Below, in pieces: positions 55,964 to 64,000 of a stretch of DNA of 64,000 bases (position 1 is its first letter; every line of letters begins with the position of its first letter). Below the pieces are notes generated by a model, which was not told the origin of the DNA, made no database searches, and saw only the letters and a program-made list of their open reading frames with translations. The DNA comes from Candidatus Kapaibacterium sp. (GTDB taxonomy: Bacteria > Bacteroidota > Ignavibacteria > Kapaibacteriales > Kapaibacteriaceae), in NCBI GenBank assembly GCA_030833725.1, contig JAURGP010000005.1, forward strand, positions 298 to 64,297, read 5' to 3'. A program made the position numbers and the translations under genes.

Positions 55964-57880
55964 TCACGACAGCGCGCGACGAACGACACTCTCAGCCACA
56001 AAATCCCTGACGACGGCAGCAATCCCTGGTGCGTCGAGTTGCACGTCGGCCCAGAGTTCCTGCTGGGTACCGTGGTCGACGTAGATGTCGTCGATACCAT
56101 GGATCTTCATGTCCACAGTACGGCTGTGGACTTGAGCTACGTACTCTGCCACAGCACTGCCGAATCCACCTTGCTTCTGTCCGTCCTCCACCGTCACGAT
56201 CCGTCCGACGCGCAGTGCTAATTCGTCGATCATCGCCGTATCGAGAGGTTTGACAAATCGAGCATTGACCACCTCGGCTTCGATGCCTTCTGCAGCAAGG
56301 ATTTCTGCGGCCTTCATCGCATGCCCAACCATGGTTCCGATAGCCACGATAGCCACGTCAGAACCCGTGCGGACTGTTTCACTCTTCCCTAAGGGTATCG
56401 GCTGCATCGGGCGGATGATGGCACCTACACCTTCGCCACGTGGATAGCGAATCGAGATAGGCCCCGCCTTGTAGCTATGCACAGATGTGTAGAGCATGTC
56501 GCGTAGCTCCTGTTCGTCTTTTGGAGCCATGACAACCATCCCCTGAATCATTCGGAGGTAGCCCAGATCGAGTACGCCGTGGTGGGTTGGACCGTCGGCA
56601 CCAACAACACCGGCACGATCCAATGCAAACACCACATGCAGATGCTGGAGTGCAACATCGTGGGCAATGTGATCGAAGGCGCGCTGGAGAAAACTGCTGT
56701 AGATCGCTACCACGGGAATTACGCCTTGGGTAGCCAGACCTGCAGCGAACGTGACACCGTGTCCCTCAGCGATGCCCACATCGTACACGCGCTGTGGGAA
56801 CTGTCGCTGGACAATATCCAGACCCGTACCATCGGGCATGGCTGCCGTGATGCCCACGATCTTCGGATTGGTGGTCATCAACTCGACCATGGCCTCGCCG
56901 AACACATCCTGATACTTGGGTGGTGCTGGAGTGGGAGGTGGTGCCGACTTGACAGCCTGTCCCGTGATCTTATCGACCTTACCAATGGCATGCAGAAACT
57001 GCTTGTCCTGTTCTGCTGGTCCGTATCCCTTACCCTTCTGCGTAATGGTATGCAGAAGGACTGGTCCGCGGATCTCACGCACGTCTCGCAGCATTTTCAC
57101 GAGAGCCTCAACGTTATGGCCGTTGACCGGACCGAAGTACCGAAACCCGAGAGCCTCGAACAGCATTCCTGGCGTGAGCACGGCCTTAAAGCCCCCTTCC
57201 ACGCGATGTACTGTTTTACGAATGCGGTCTCCCAACTGATCGAGTGACCCAGTCATGTCGTAGAGCTGGTCGCGGAGCTTACGGGCTGTTGGGGAGGCAA
57301 AGATCTCGCTGAAGTAGTTCGACAACGCCCAGACGTTCGGTGCAATGGACATGTTGTTGTCGTTGAGAACCACCAAGAGGTCGTTCTTGTAGATGCCGCA
57401 GTTATTCATGGCCTCATAGGCCAGTCCACCCGTCATTGCTCCGTCGCCAATCACAGCTACGACCTTCTGGTGCTGGTGTAGCTGATCCCGTGCAGCGGCC
57501 ATACCAAGGGCCGCTGAAATCGATGTGGTGGCATGACCGGCACCGAACTCATCGTAGATGCTCTCCGATCGCTTCAGAAAGCCCGACAAACCATCCTTCT
57601 TGCGGATGGTATGCAGCTCATGCTTGCGCCCAGTAAGAATCTTATGCGGATAGCCCTGGTGGCCGGTATCAAAGACGATTTTGTCCGTGGGCGTGTTGAA
57701 GACGTAGTGAAGTGCTACGGTCAGCTCGACCACACCGAGTCCTGCCCCGAAGTGACCACCAACCTTGGTGATGGTATCCACGAGGTATTCGCGCACCTCA
57801 TCCGATACGGTTTTTAAGGCCGACTCGGGGAGCTTGCGGAGATCTTCGGGACTATTGATCTGATCGAGGTAGGTGTACAT
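55964..57880 (-). CDS. dxs: 1-deoxy-D-xylulose-5-phosphate synthase.
   Basis: MYTYLDQINSPEDLRKL start. TPP-binding GDGAMTGGLAYEAMNN. Transketolase-like domains. 638 aa. Confidence 0.9.
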   Translation of the reverse strand: MYTYLDQINSPEDLRKLPESALKTVSDEVREYLVDTITKVGGHFGAGLGVVELTVALHYVFNTPTDKIVFDTGHQGYPHKILTGRKHELHTIRKKDGLSGFLKRSESIYDEFGAGHATTSISAALGMAAARDQLHQHQKVVAVIGDGAMTGGLAYEAMNNCGIYKNDLLVVLNDNNMSIAPNVWALSNYFSEIFASPTARKLRDQLYDMTGSLDQLGDRIRKTVHRVEGGFKAVLTPGMLFEALGFRYFGPVNGHNVEALVKMLRDVREIRGPVLLHTITQKGKGYGPAEQDKQFLHAIGKVDKITGQAVKSAPPPTPAPPKYQDVFGEAMVELMTTNPKIVGITAAMPDGTGLDIVQRQFPQRVYDVGIAEGHGVTFAAGLATQGVIPVVAIYSSFLQRAFDHIAHDVALQHLHVVFALDRAGVVGADGPTHHGVLDLGYLRMIQGMVVMAPKDEQELRDMLYTSVHSYKAGPISIRYPRGEGVGAIIRPMQPIPLGKSETVRTGSDVAIVAIGTMVGHAMKAAEILAAEGIEAEVVNARFVKPLDTAMIDELALRVGRIVTVEDGQKQGGFGSAVAEYVAQVHSRTVDMKIHGIDDIYVDHGTQQELWADVQLDAPGIAAVVRDFVAESVVRRALS

Positions 57881-57910
57881 GACGATGCTGAAGAAGTGAG
57901 CGAAAGAACG

Positions 57911-59935
57911 TTATCGGCGCGGTGTTTCCACCAGAACCTGCACGGTTCGGGACAACTGTCGGCCTACGGGTGAGGAGTTTGGATGAATCTCCGTGTCCTC
58001 TCCAACTCCGCTAGTAGTGTAGGAGGCCGACGGCGCCTTCTGCCGGAGAAACGCTGAAACAGCCTCGGCACGTTCCCTCGACAGGGTGCGATTATGAACG
58101 TCGGAGCCAATGCGATCCGTGTATCCAATCACCTGTACCTTGGAGTTTGCTGCGATCGACGGAAGCACCATGCGTTCCAGAACGCGGAGATTGTCTTCCG
58201 AGAGCGAGGCCGTGTTGAAGTCGAACAGAATCAACGAGTATTTATCGATGGTCTTATCGGGCAGGTTCTCTGTGCGCTTTCGCACACTGCTTGCATAGTC
58301 GACGGGAACCGAGCCGAGTGCTACGGCCTCCTGACCGCTTTGCGAGCGCACGGATAACTCGTAATCGACAGGGACCTGCGTGGTTCCAAGATCGTTCGGC
58401 TTAATGATCCAGTCGATCTTACTGGGCAACGTTGTGCCGCTGACATCCCGTAGCGGTCTGCCCGCCTGACTGATCGACAGCGTCCAACTCACGACACTGT
58501 CGGTTTGACGATCGGCATTGGCAACATCGGGGTGGAATTGCAGCATGCCGGGCGTAGCAATGCGCTGCTGATCTGCCGTGATCACCACTGGAGCCAGCAG
58601 GTCCGGAACATTGCTGGACAGCTCGATCCGACGGTTCTCTTCAGCACCTTCTGGATCAGACTCGGATGAAGGCTTGGTAGGTCGTGCTATCGCGCGCACG
58701 GCAATGCGTGATGGCGTGATGCCGAAGGTGGTCACGAGGTAGTCCTTCGCCCACAGTGCCCGTCGATTGCCAAGCTCGGGAATGCGCACCTCGGTCGTGG
58801 CGTCCGTGGTACCCGTAATCGTGAGTGTTGCGTGTTGCAGGTCCACCATCCGCGAGCCAATGATGTTCAGCAGGTTGCGGTTCACCTCGATGGCATCCAA
58901 TGGCAGCGACGTGGGTTCGAAGCTTCCTTCAACCGACGACCCGGTTTGTTGCAGGGCTGCCGTGGGGGCCGCTGCACCTTGCGGGTAGAATACAAATGGC
59001 ACAAGCGGGAACATCTCGGTGTAGGTGTAGTCCTCCACGTTGATGGATGATACGTCAACCATCTGTCCGTCACCGGACATGGTGGTCACACGGGCAATGT
59101 TCACCCCAAGGCGACGATCCTCCGTGGGAAGCTCTAACGACGGCGATGACCGGGCTACAGTAAACGACAGACTGACGCCGAAGCGCAACTGACCGATGCT
59201 CCAGGGGTTGTAGTCGTTGTCCGACGAGACGTTCGACAATGGCAGCCGATAGCTTACTTCAGGTTGCAACCAGACGTCCTTGCCGAGTTCCATCGTGTAT
59301 CCCACGCCAAGCGCCAGAGCCAATCGCACACTGGACGATGGTACATTTCCAGGAGCCGGAGTGATGTCTTGATTGCCAACGTAGGCGGCACCAATGTTTA
59401 AGTCAGTGAGTTGTTCTTGGCTAAGCGAAAGGGGAATACCCAGCTCGAGTCCACCCAGCACGTAGACCGGAACCTCAGGAATCAGATCATGGTATTCCAG
59501 TCCGGGCGTCATCTCCAGATAGAGGCTTGAGGCTTCAAAACCGTGCGTGAGCACGGAGTCGCCAAGCAGTGGCTGCGTGGCGGACGTCGAAGCCGTAAGC
59601 CAGTTCAGACCTACGCGTCCCGTGAAGTGTAGATGGGCGGATAATGGTGTGGCTACGGTCATTCCACCCAGAATCGTCGCTGTTGTGGATCCCTCGGTCA
59701 TGCGAAGCGACCTGTTGATCCAGCGCTCAAACAATGGATTCGGTACGGTTTGGATGCGCCAGGCGGCGATGCTCGAACTGGACATGTTGAGGGCCAGGGC
59801 GCCGTACACCCCAACGCGAGTCCCAAAGCGAACGTCTGATGAAGCCCGTGCAGATGCAGCCAGAGTGTCCTGACCGAGGATAGACGTGACAGGTACGAGG
59901 AGGGCTAGGAGCCCACCAACGAATGCTCTCTTCAT
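57911..59935 (-). CDS. OmpA-family outer-membrane protein with N-terminal beta-barrel-like region and two OmpA-like C-terminal domains.
   Basis: Signal peptide MKRAFVGGLLALLVPVTSILGQ at internal ATG (59935). OmpA-like segments TITGTTDATTEV...NRRIEL and QVIGYTDRIGSDVHNRTLSRERAEAVSAFL. Confidence 0.65.
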   Translation of the reverse strand: MKRAFVGGLLALLVPVTSILGQDTLAASARASSDVRFGTRVGVYGALALNMSSSSIAAWRIQTVPNPLFERWINRSLRMTEGSTTATILGGMTVATPLSAHLHFTGRVGLNWLTASTSATQPLLGDSVLTHGFEASSLYLEMTPGLEYHDLIPEVPVYVLGGLELGIPLSLSQEQLTDLNIGAAYVGNQDITPAPGNVPSSSVRLALALGVGYTMELGKDVWLQPEVSYRLPLSNVSSDNDYNPWSIGQLRFGVSLSFTVARSSPSLELPTEDRRLGVNIARVTTMSGDGQMVDVSSINVEDYTYTEMFPLVPFVFYPQGAAAPTAALQQTGSSVEGSFEPTSLPLDAIEVNRNLLNIIGSRMVDLQHATLTITGTTDATTEVRIPELGNRRALWAKDYLVTTFGITPSRIAVRAIARPTKPSSESDPEGAEENRRIELSSNVPDLLAPVVITADQQRIATPGMLQFHPDVANADRQTDSVVSWTLSISQAGRPLRDVSGTTLPSKIDWIIKPNDLGTTQVPVDYELSVRSQSGQEAVALGSVPVDYASSVRKRTENLPDKTIDKYSLILFDFNTASLSEDNLRVLERMVLPSIAANSKVQVIGYTDRIGSDVHNRTLSRERAEAVSAFLRQKAPSASYTTSGVGEDTEIHPNSSPVGRQLSRTVQVLVETPRR

Positions 59936-59979
59936 AGTGCAGTTGTAACGTGGAGGAATGTCAGCACAAAGGTACGACG

Positions 59980-61437
59980 TTACGACGACGAGGACTTCCG
60001 GGACCGACGGAACAGCCAATACAGAGGGACTCCTGCAAGGAGAATTATCAGACCATAGACAGAGTTGAGGATCGGATCCGCCCCGGTTGCACGACCTGCT
60101 TGGTACTGTTCGTAATCGCTCCAAAGGGAGAAGGCAAGAAATCCGACGGCAAACAGGATGAAGACCACGGGTACAACCGGATATCCCCAGGCGCGATACG
60201 GACGCAGTGCGTTTGGATCGCGGCGTCGAAGAATGATCACGCCGGCTGCCGACAAACCATAGAACCCCCAACTGACGAAGATCAGCATCTCGGTGAGCAT
60301 GTCGAAGGTGCCGGTGAACACGAGGACACAGGTCCAAGCCCCCTGCCAGAAAAGGGCCGTCGATGGCGTATGAAACCGAGGATGAACGCGCTGGAGGGAG
60401 CGGAAGAACAAGCCGTCCTTCGCCATCGCAAAGAAGATGCGTGCGCTTTGCAGAATGGTACCGTTACTCGTTCCCACGGTGGAAACCATCACGGCCACAG
60501 CCACAAAGATCAAGCCCCAGGGGCCAAGGGCACGCCGAGCAATCTCGGCTGCCGGCGACTCGGATTGCGCCAGAGCGTCGATGTCGAGGATGTAGAGGTA
60601 GGCAAGGTTGATCAGCAAGTAGATCGCAAGAATGGAGAGCGAACCCAGAACTAGGGCGCGAGGAATGGTTTTCTGCGGCTCGCGCGTCTCACCGGCCACA
60701 GCTGTCACCGAGTTCCATCCGTCGTACGACCACAGCGCCTTGTTCATGGTGAGGATGACGGCCATGAAGAGGGCTGCCCCGGTGGCGGATCCAGCAGCGG
60801 TGTCCCGTGTGAAGTTCTCTGCCGATCCATCGCCAGCCAGAAAGGCCGCGGCAACCAGAACAACGATCGCGGCGATTTTCGACACGGTGAGAACGTTCTG
60901 GATCCGACCTCCAGAGCGCACACCGGCGATGTTTGCCAGGGTGAGCACAACCACGACTCCTGCTGTTAGCAGCTTGATTCCCATCTCCTGGAGTGGGTAG
61001 ATCACTCCGAAGGGGAGAGGGATGGCAAACGACTGCCAAACGTCGTCCGGTAGCGACCAAAGGGGAATGACAGAGTCGAAGTAGTATGAGAACACATACG
61101 TAATCGAGGCAATCGAACCGGTCTGAATCACCGAGAACATGGCCCAGCCGTAGAGAAAGGCCGTGAGATCACCGTAGATCACGCGGAAATACTCATACTG
61201 CCCACCCGTGGACGGGATCATTCCCGCAAGCTCGGCAACGGTGAGTGCACCGAACAGTGTCACCATGCCGGCTACCACCCATACGGCCAGCAGGATCTCG
61301 GGGGAGCCCGTGAGTGCAGCCATCGCGGCTGGATTTTTAAAGATGCCGGATCCCACAACACTGCCAATCACCAGCATGGTTGTGGTAAAGAGGCCCAGTG
61401 TTCGCATGAGCGAAGGCGCAGGTGTTGGCTGTTGCAT
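59980..61437 (-). CDS. APC-family amino acid permease.
   Basis: 12 TM helices. N-terminal LGLFTTTMLVIGSVVGSGIF matches the amino-acid permease consensus. Confidence 0.8.
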   Translation of the reverse strand: MQQPTPAPSLMRTLGLFTTTMLVIGSVVGSGIFKNPAAMAALTGSPEILLAVWVVAGMVTLFGALTVAELAGMIPSTGGQYEYFRVIYGDLTAFLYGWAMFSVIQTGSIASITYVFSYYFDSVIPLWSLPDDVWQSFAIPLPFGVIYPLQEMGIKLLTAGVVVVLTLANIAGVRSGGRIQNVLTVSKIAAIVVLVAAAFLAGDGSAENFTRDTAAGSATGAALFMAVILTMNKALWSYDGWNSVTAVAGETREPQKTIPRALVLGSLSILAIYLLINLAYLYILDIDALAQSESPAAEIARRALGPWGLIFVAVAVMVSTVGTSNGTILQSARIFFAMAKDGLFFRSLQRVHPRFHTPSTALFWQGAWTCVLVFTGTFDMLTEMLIFVSWGFYGLSAAGVIILRRRDPNALRPYRAWGYPVVPVVFILFAVGFLAFSLWSDYEQYQAGRATGADPILNSVYGLIILLAGVPLYWLFRRSRKSSSS

Positions 61438-61519
61438 CTGATCCGAAGATACGGACCAGGTTGTCGGTACTGAAAAGCACGACGTGATTCCGCAGTATCG
61501 GAGGTAAATTGAGGATCGA

Positions 61520-62269
61520 TTGTCGTTTCCTCTACGTCACCAGCATGTATTCCAGATGATTGCCTTTGGAGTAGGGCTCCTGATCGGATATGTCCTGGCG
61601 ATTCCGCCTGGGCCCATTGGCATGGCTGCGATGCGTTCGGCAGTGCGCGACGGCTGGTCGGCCTCCCTCAAGATTGCGGCCGGAGCAGGATTGCTGGACA
61701 CGATCTACAGCGCTCTGGCCATGGTGGCAACATCGGCGGCCGTTCAGGCACTGCTCCAGATGGAGCATAGCCACCCGTGGGCGATGGTAGTGATGCAGTC
61801 TGGTATCGTTGTACTCATGATTGGTGCCGGTGTCCTTCAGGTGAGGAGTGCGTCTCGACTGCCCCGAGAAGACGTGTCTGCGAATGGTACTCCCGCTAGT
61901 GGTTTGTCGCAGTGGTTCCGACTACATGGTCCGTTCTTCGTGGGCGTGGGATATGCGATCGCGAATCTTGCCAATCCCACCTTTGTTCCGGCCCTGGCGG
62001 CCATGTCCACCTTTGTCCAAGGCCTGGAGTGGTTCGAGCCTGTCTTGGCCAACCGGCTGTTGTTCGCCGTGGGTTTTGGGCTGGGCAACATGGCATGGTT
62101 AATTACACTCGTCAAAATCGTGTTGGCCTACCGCGATCGGATGTCCACGGTCTTCATGAAGCGCTTACAACAGATTTCAGGGTTTTCACTGATTGGTTTC
62201 GGTACGTTCTACGGCTTGCGTATCATCGTGGTAACCGAGTGGCATCTGCTTTTTACCGTTCAACCATGA
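61520..62269 (+). CDS. LysE/RhtB-family amino-acid exporter-like membrane protein.
   Basis: About 6 TM helices. N-terminal AIPPGPIGMAA resembles the LysE-family PGP motif. Start may be at 61556. Confidence 0.55.
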   Translation: MSFPLRHQHVFQMIAFGVGLLIGYVLAIPPGPIGMAAMRSAVRDGWSASLKIAAGAGLLDTIYSALAMVATSAAVQALLQMEHSHPWAMVVMQSGIVVLMIGAGVLQVRSASRLPREDVSANGTPASGLSQWFRLHGPFFVGVGYAIANLANPTFVPALAAMSTFVQGLEWFEPVLANRLLFAVGFGLGNMAWLITLVKIVLAYRDRMSTVFMKRLQQISGFSLIGFGTFYGLRIIVVTEWHLLFTVQP

Positions 62270-62318
62270 TTCAGCCAATCATGATCCAGTCATGATCCAG
62301 TCGTGATCCAGCCAATGA
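62265..62318. repeat. Approximately 11-bp tandem repeat (CATGATCCAGT-like) spanning the LysE stop and the next gene's start.
   Basis: catgattcagc caatcatgatccagt catgatccagt cgtgatccagc caatgatta. Confidence 0.65.
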
Positions 62319-64000
62319 TTACTATCGTTCAACGAATACTACGAGTATGGGTCGCGGTGCTGATCGTTTCTGCACCCATGCTTCAGGCGCAGCCACTACG
62401 CATTGGCGTGAAAGGGTCATACTTGCACGTACAGAATGTCTCGACGATGCCGGTCCTTCTGGGAAGTACTGATTGTGGCAGGTTCCAGGATGGTGTTTCT
62501 CCGGGTGTTCAAGCTGGACTTACCGTCGACTATCCCATACTCGGTGCGTTTCTGGAGATCAGTGGTGCACTGGTGTACCAACAGCGCCCAGCCCAACTGG
62601 TAACACGAACCACAGATGACTACACGGTCCTTGATCCACGCACAACGTCGTACGTCTTTCTGGAGCGTGAGCACGTGTTTACCTCGGATCTCGGCTACAT
62701 TACTGCAGAGCTAGGGTTTCGCTCGCAGCCGTTTTCGTGGCTGCCGGTGTATCTCCGGATGAGCGTTGATGCCGGCAATCCCATTGTGAACGCTACGTAC
62801 CAGCAAACCGAAGAGATTGTGGCTCCCTCTGGAGTGCTGTTCGCGGATGGGACACAACGCAGAGTGGTAGGTACCGGTGAGTTTCCCGGTTTGGGAACAT
62901 CTGTAGGGGGCTACGGCGGCGTGGGGGCTGTGTTGGATCTCACCGATCGGGTACAGATCTGCCCCGAAATCGGTTACCGTTATGGATTGAACTCACTGAC
63001 GTCCCGTGCCCAGTGGCAACAGTCATGGTGGTCAGCTGGTGTCCAAATGCGGTTCCGCTTGGATGGCGATGATGAGGAGCCAGCTCCAGAAGAAGTTCCA
63101 CCTCCGCCACCAGCGGCTGTCCCGGAACCAGAGGTGGTTGCCGAGGTGTCGCCACCCGCCCGCCTGTCAGCTGTACGAGGGAGGCCCCTGGAGATACAAC
63201 AAACCGTGGTGACGCAAACCTTCCCGCTACTGCCATACGTGTTCTTCGATTCGGCGTCTGCCGCAATTCCAGCGCGCTACGTTCGCACAGTACCAGGCGA
63301 GGCGTTCAGCGAGGCTGCGATTCCTAAGTTGACCTTGCCGATCTACTATGCCGTTCTTGACATTCTGGGCAGTCGGATGGTGCGCGATTCCTCGATACGA
63401 CTGACCGTGATTGGAGCAACGGATGGAAGGGAGCTGTCCTCGTCGTCGGACCGTATGCGGTTAGCCGGAGATCGTGCCGCTGCCGTGGTACATTACCTTG
63501 GTTCCCGTTGGAACATTGATGCCAGGCGGTGCACGGTGGTTCCACGCAATCGTCCGCGGTTTGAGAGCAATGTGGACTATGCAGAAGGTGTGGAAGAAAA
63601 CAGACGTGTGGAGCTTGTGACCTCGGATGCCGAGGCTTTAGGGCCAGTGGTCCATCGTAGGTTCTTGGAGTATGTTCCGGTTCAGCCGTATCAGGATCTT
63701 GCCGTGACTGTCGACGACTCCCTTGATGTTCAATCATGGGAGATGGTTCTGACCCAGCCAGATGGCACCCCCATACTGAACGTTCCCGGACGCGGACGTC
63801 CACCGCAACAGATAAGCATCAACCTGGACTCAACGGTCACCAGTGCGTTAGGGCCTCGCCTGCAGGATCTCGATTCCTTGGAGGCTACCCTCACACTTCG
63901 TCAGTCGGATGGGCGTTCAACGCAGTGGACAGCTCGTTTTCCCATTGTCAAGACAACTAGTACCTTTGAGGTAAGTCGATTGTCACTCATTGTGTTCGAA
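62315..64000 (+). CDS. OmpA-family protein, paralog of the 57911-59935 gene (partial, runs off the window end).
   Basis: Open reading frame with no stop from 62285 to 64000. Signal peptide MITIVQRILRVWVAVLIVSAPMLQAQ. OmpA-like domain LDILGSRMVRDSSIRLTVIGATDGRE...AGDRAAAVVHYL...ENRRVEL, collinear with LNIIGSRMVDLQHATLTITGTTD in the paralog. Confidence 0.55.
   Translation, partial: MITIVQRILRVWVAVLIVSAPMLQAQPLRIGVKGSYLHVQNVSTMPVLLGSTDCGRFQDGVSPGVQAGLTVDYPILGAFLEISGALVYQQRPAQLVTRTTDDYTVLDPRTTSYVFLEREHVFTSDLGYITAELGFRSQPFSWLPVYLRMSVDAGNPIVNATYQQTEEIVAPSGVLFADGTQRRVVGTGEFPGLGTSVGGYGGVGAVLDLTDRVQICPEIGYRYGLNSLTSRAQWQQSWWSAGVQMRFRLDGDDEEPAPEEVPPPPPAAVPEPEVVAEVSPPARLSAVRGRPLEIQQTVVTQTFPLLPYVFFDSASAAIPARYVRTVPGEAFSEAAIPKLTLPIYYAVLDILGSRMVRDSSIRLTVIGATDGRELSSSSDRMRLAGDRAAAVVHYLGSRWNIDARRCTVVPRNRPRFESNVDYAEGVEENRRVELVTSDAEALGPVVHRRFLEYVPVQPYQDLAVTVDDSLDVQSWEMVLTQPDGTPILNVPGRGRPPQQISINLDSTVTSALGPRLQDLDSLEATLTLRQSDGRSTQWTARFPIVKTTSTFEVSRLSLIVFE

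Noticed and set aside
63324-63803. 159-aa minus-strand ORF near the window end.
   Set aside because: Lies entirely inside the plus-strand OmpA-family ORF, which has a signal peptide and OmpA-like motifs. Arg/Pro/His-rich composition is typical of spurious GC-rich frames.

Overview
Read by eye from the six-frame ORF track and the raw sequence, this 64 kb high-GC window looks like ordinary chromosome: densely packed housekeeping and cell-envelope genes with no clear mobile element, CRISPR array or rRNA. T9SS C-terminal sorting domains and a large TonB-dependent receptor suggest a Bacteroidota/Rhodothermota-like organism (inference). About 50 genes are supportable.

Features by region:
- 0.2-8.1 kb, plus strand: outer-membrane protein, HIT protein, rsmA, PAP2 phosphatase and a 1504-aa T9SS-secreted multi-domain protein, closed by a rho-independent terminator.
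- 8.2-10.3 kb, minus strand: waaA and an enoyl-CoA hydratase.
- 10.4-11.7 kb, plus strand: a secreted phosphodiester glycosidase (NAGPA-like).
- 11.7-17.7 kb, one tightly packed minus-strand run: two tandem crotonase paralogs, a PgpH-like 7TM-HD phosphohydrolase, a XerD-like tyrosine recombinase with an Ala/Gly-repeat 5' end, and the NamZ/DUF1343 muramidase.
- 17.7-18.4 kb: rsmE.
- 18.4-24.2 kb, minus strand: TonB-dependent receptor, DUF4397-like lipoprotein and a T9SS-secreted endonuclease/exonuclease/phosphatase (EEP) nuclease-like protein.
- 24.3-29.6 kb: GAF-PP2C phosphatase, glgA, ispE and a divergent polyprenol/phytol-kinase-like membrane protein.
- 29.6-35.3 kb: acyl-CoA ligase, threonine aldolase, thioesterase, then an ECF sigma / anti-sigma / lipoprotein operon.
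- 35.4-49.0 kb, polysaccharide locus: GH3 NagZ-like, rfbB, wecC, wecB, wza-like, a synthase-topology GT2, Wzx flippase, WbaP, a Dpm1-like GT2, and a GT2 fused to an internally deleted WbaP-like domain.
- 49.0-55.4 kb: accA, S4-domain protein, MsbA-like ABC exporter, beta-CASP MBL hydrolase, aspA.
- 55.4-64.0 kb: an internally deleted NodT/OprM-type efflux lipoprotein remnant abutting tRNA-Lys(UUU), dxs, two paralogous double-OmpA-domain proteins flanking an APC permease and a LysE-family transporter.

I found no obvious complete novel defence or mobile system. The observations most worth a second look are:
- the TonB-dependent receptor / lipoprotein / T9SS-nuclease operon;
- the GT2-fused, internally deleted WbaP-like gene;
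- the efflux-gene remnant next to tRNA-Lys;
- the XerD gene embedded in a metabolic operon, with a hexanucleotide repeat at its 5' end;
- ispE paired divergently with an isoprenoid-alcohol-kinase-like gene;
- a set of short tandem repeats that sit exactly at the 3' ends of genes.
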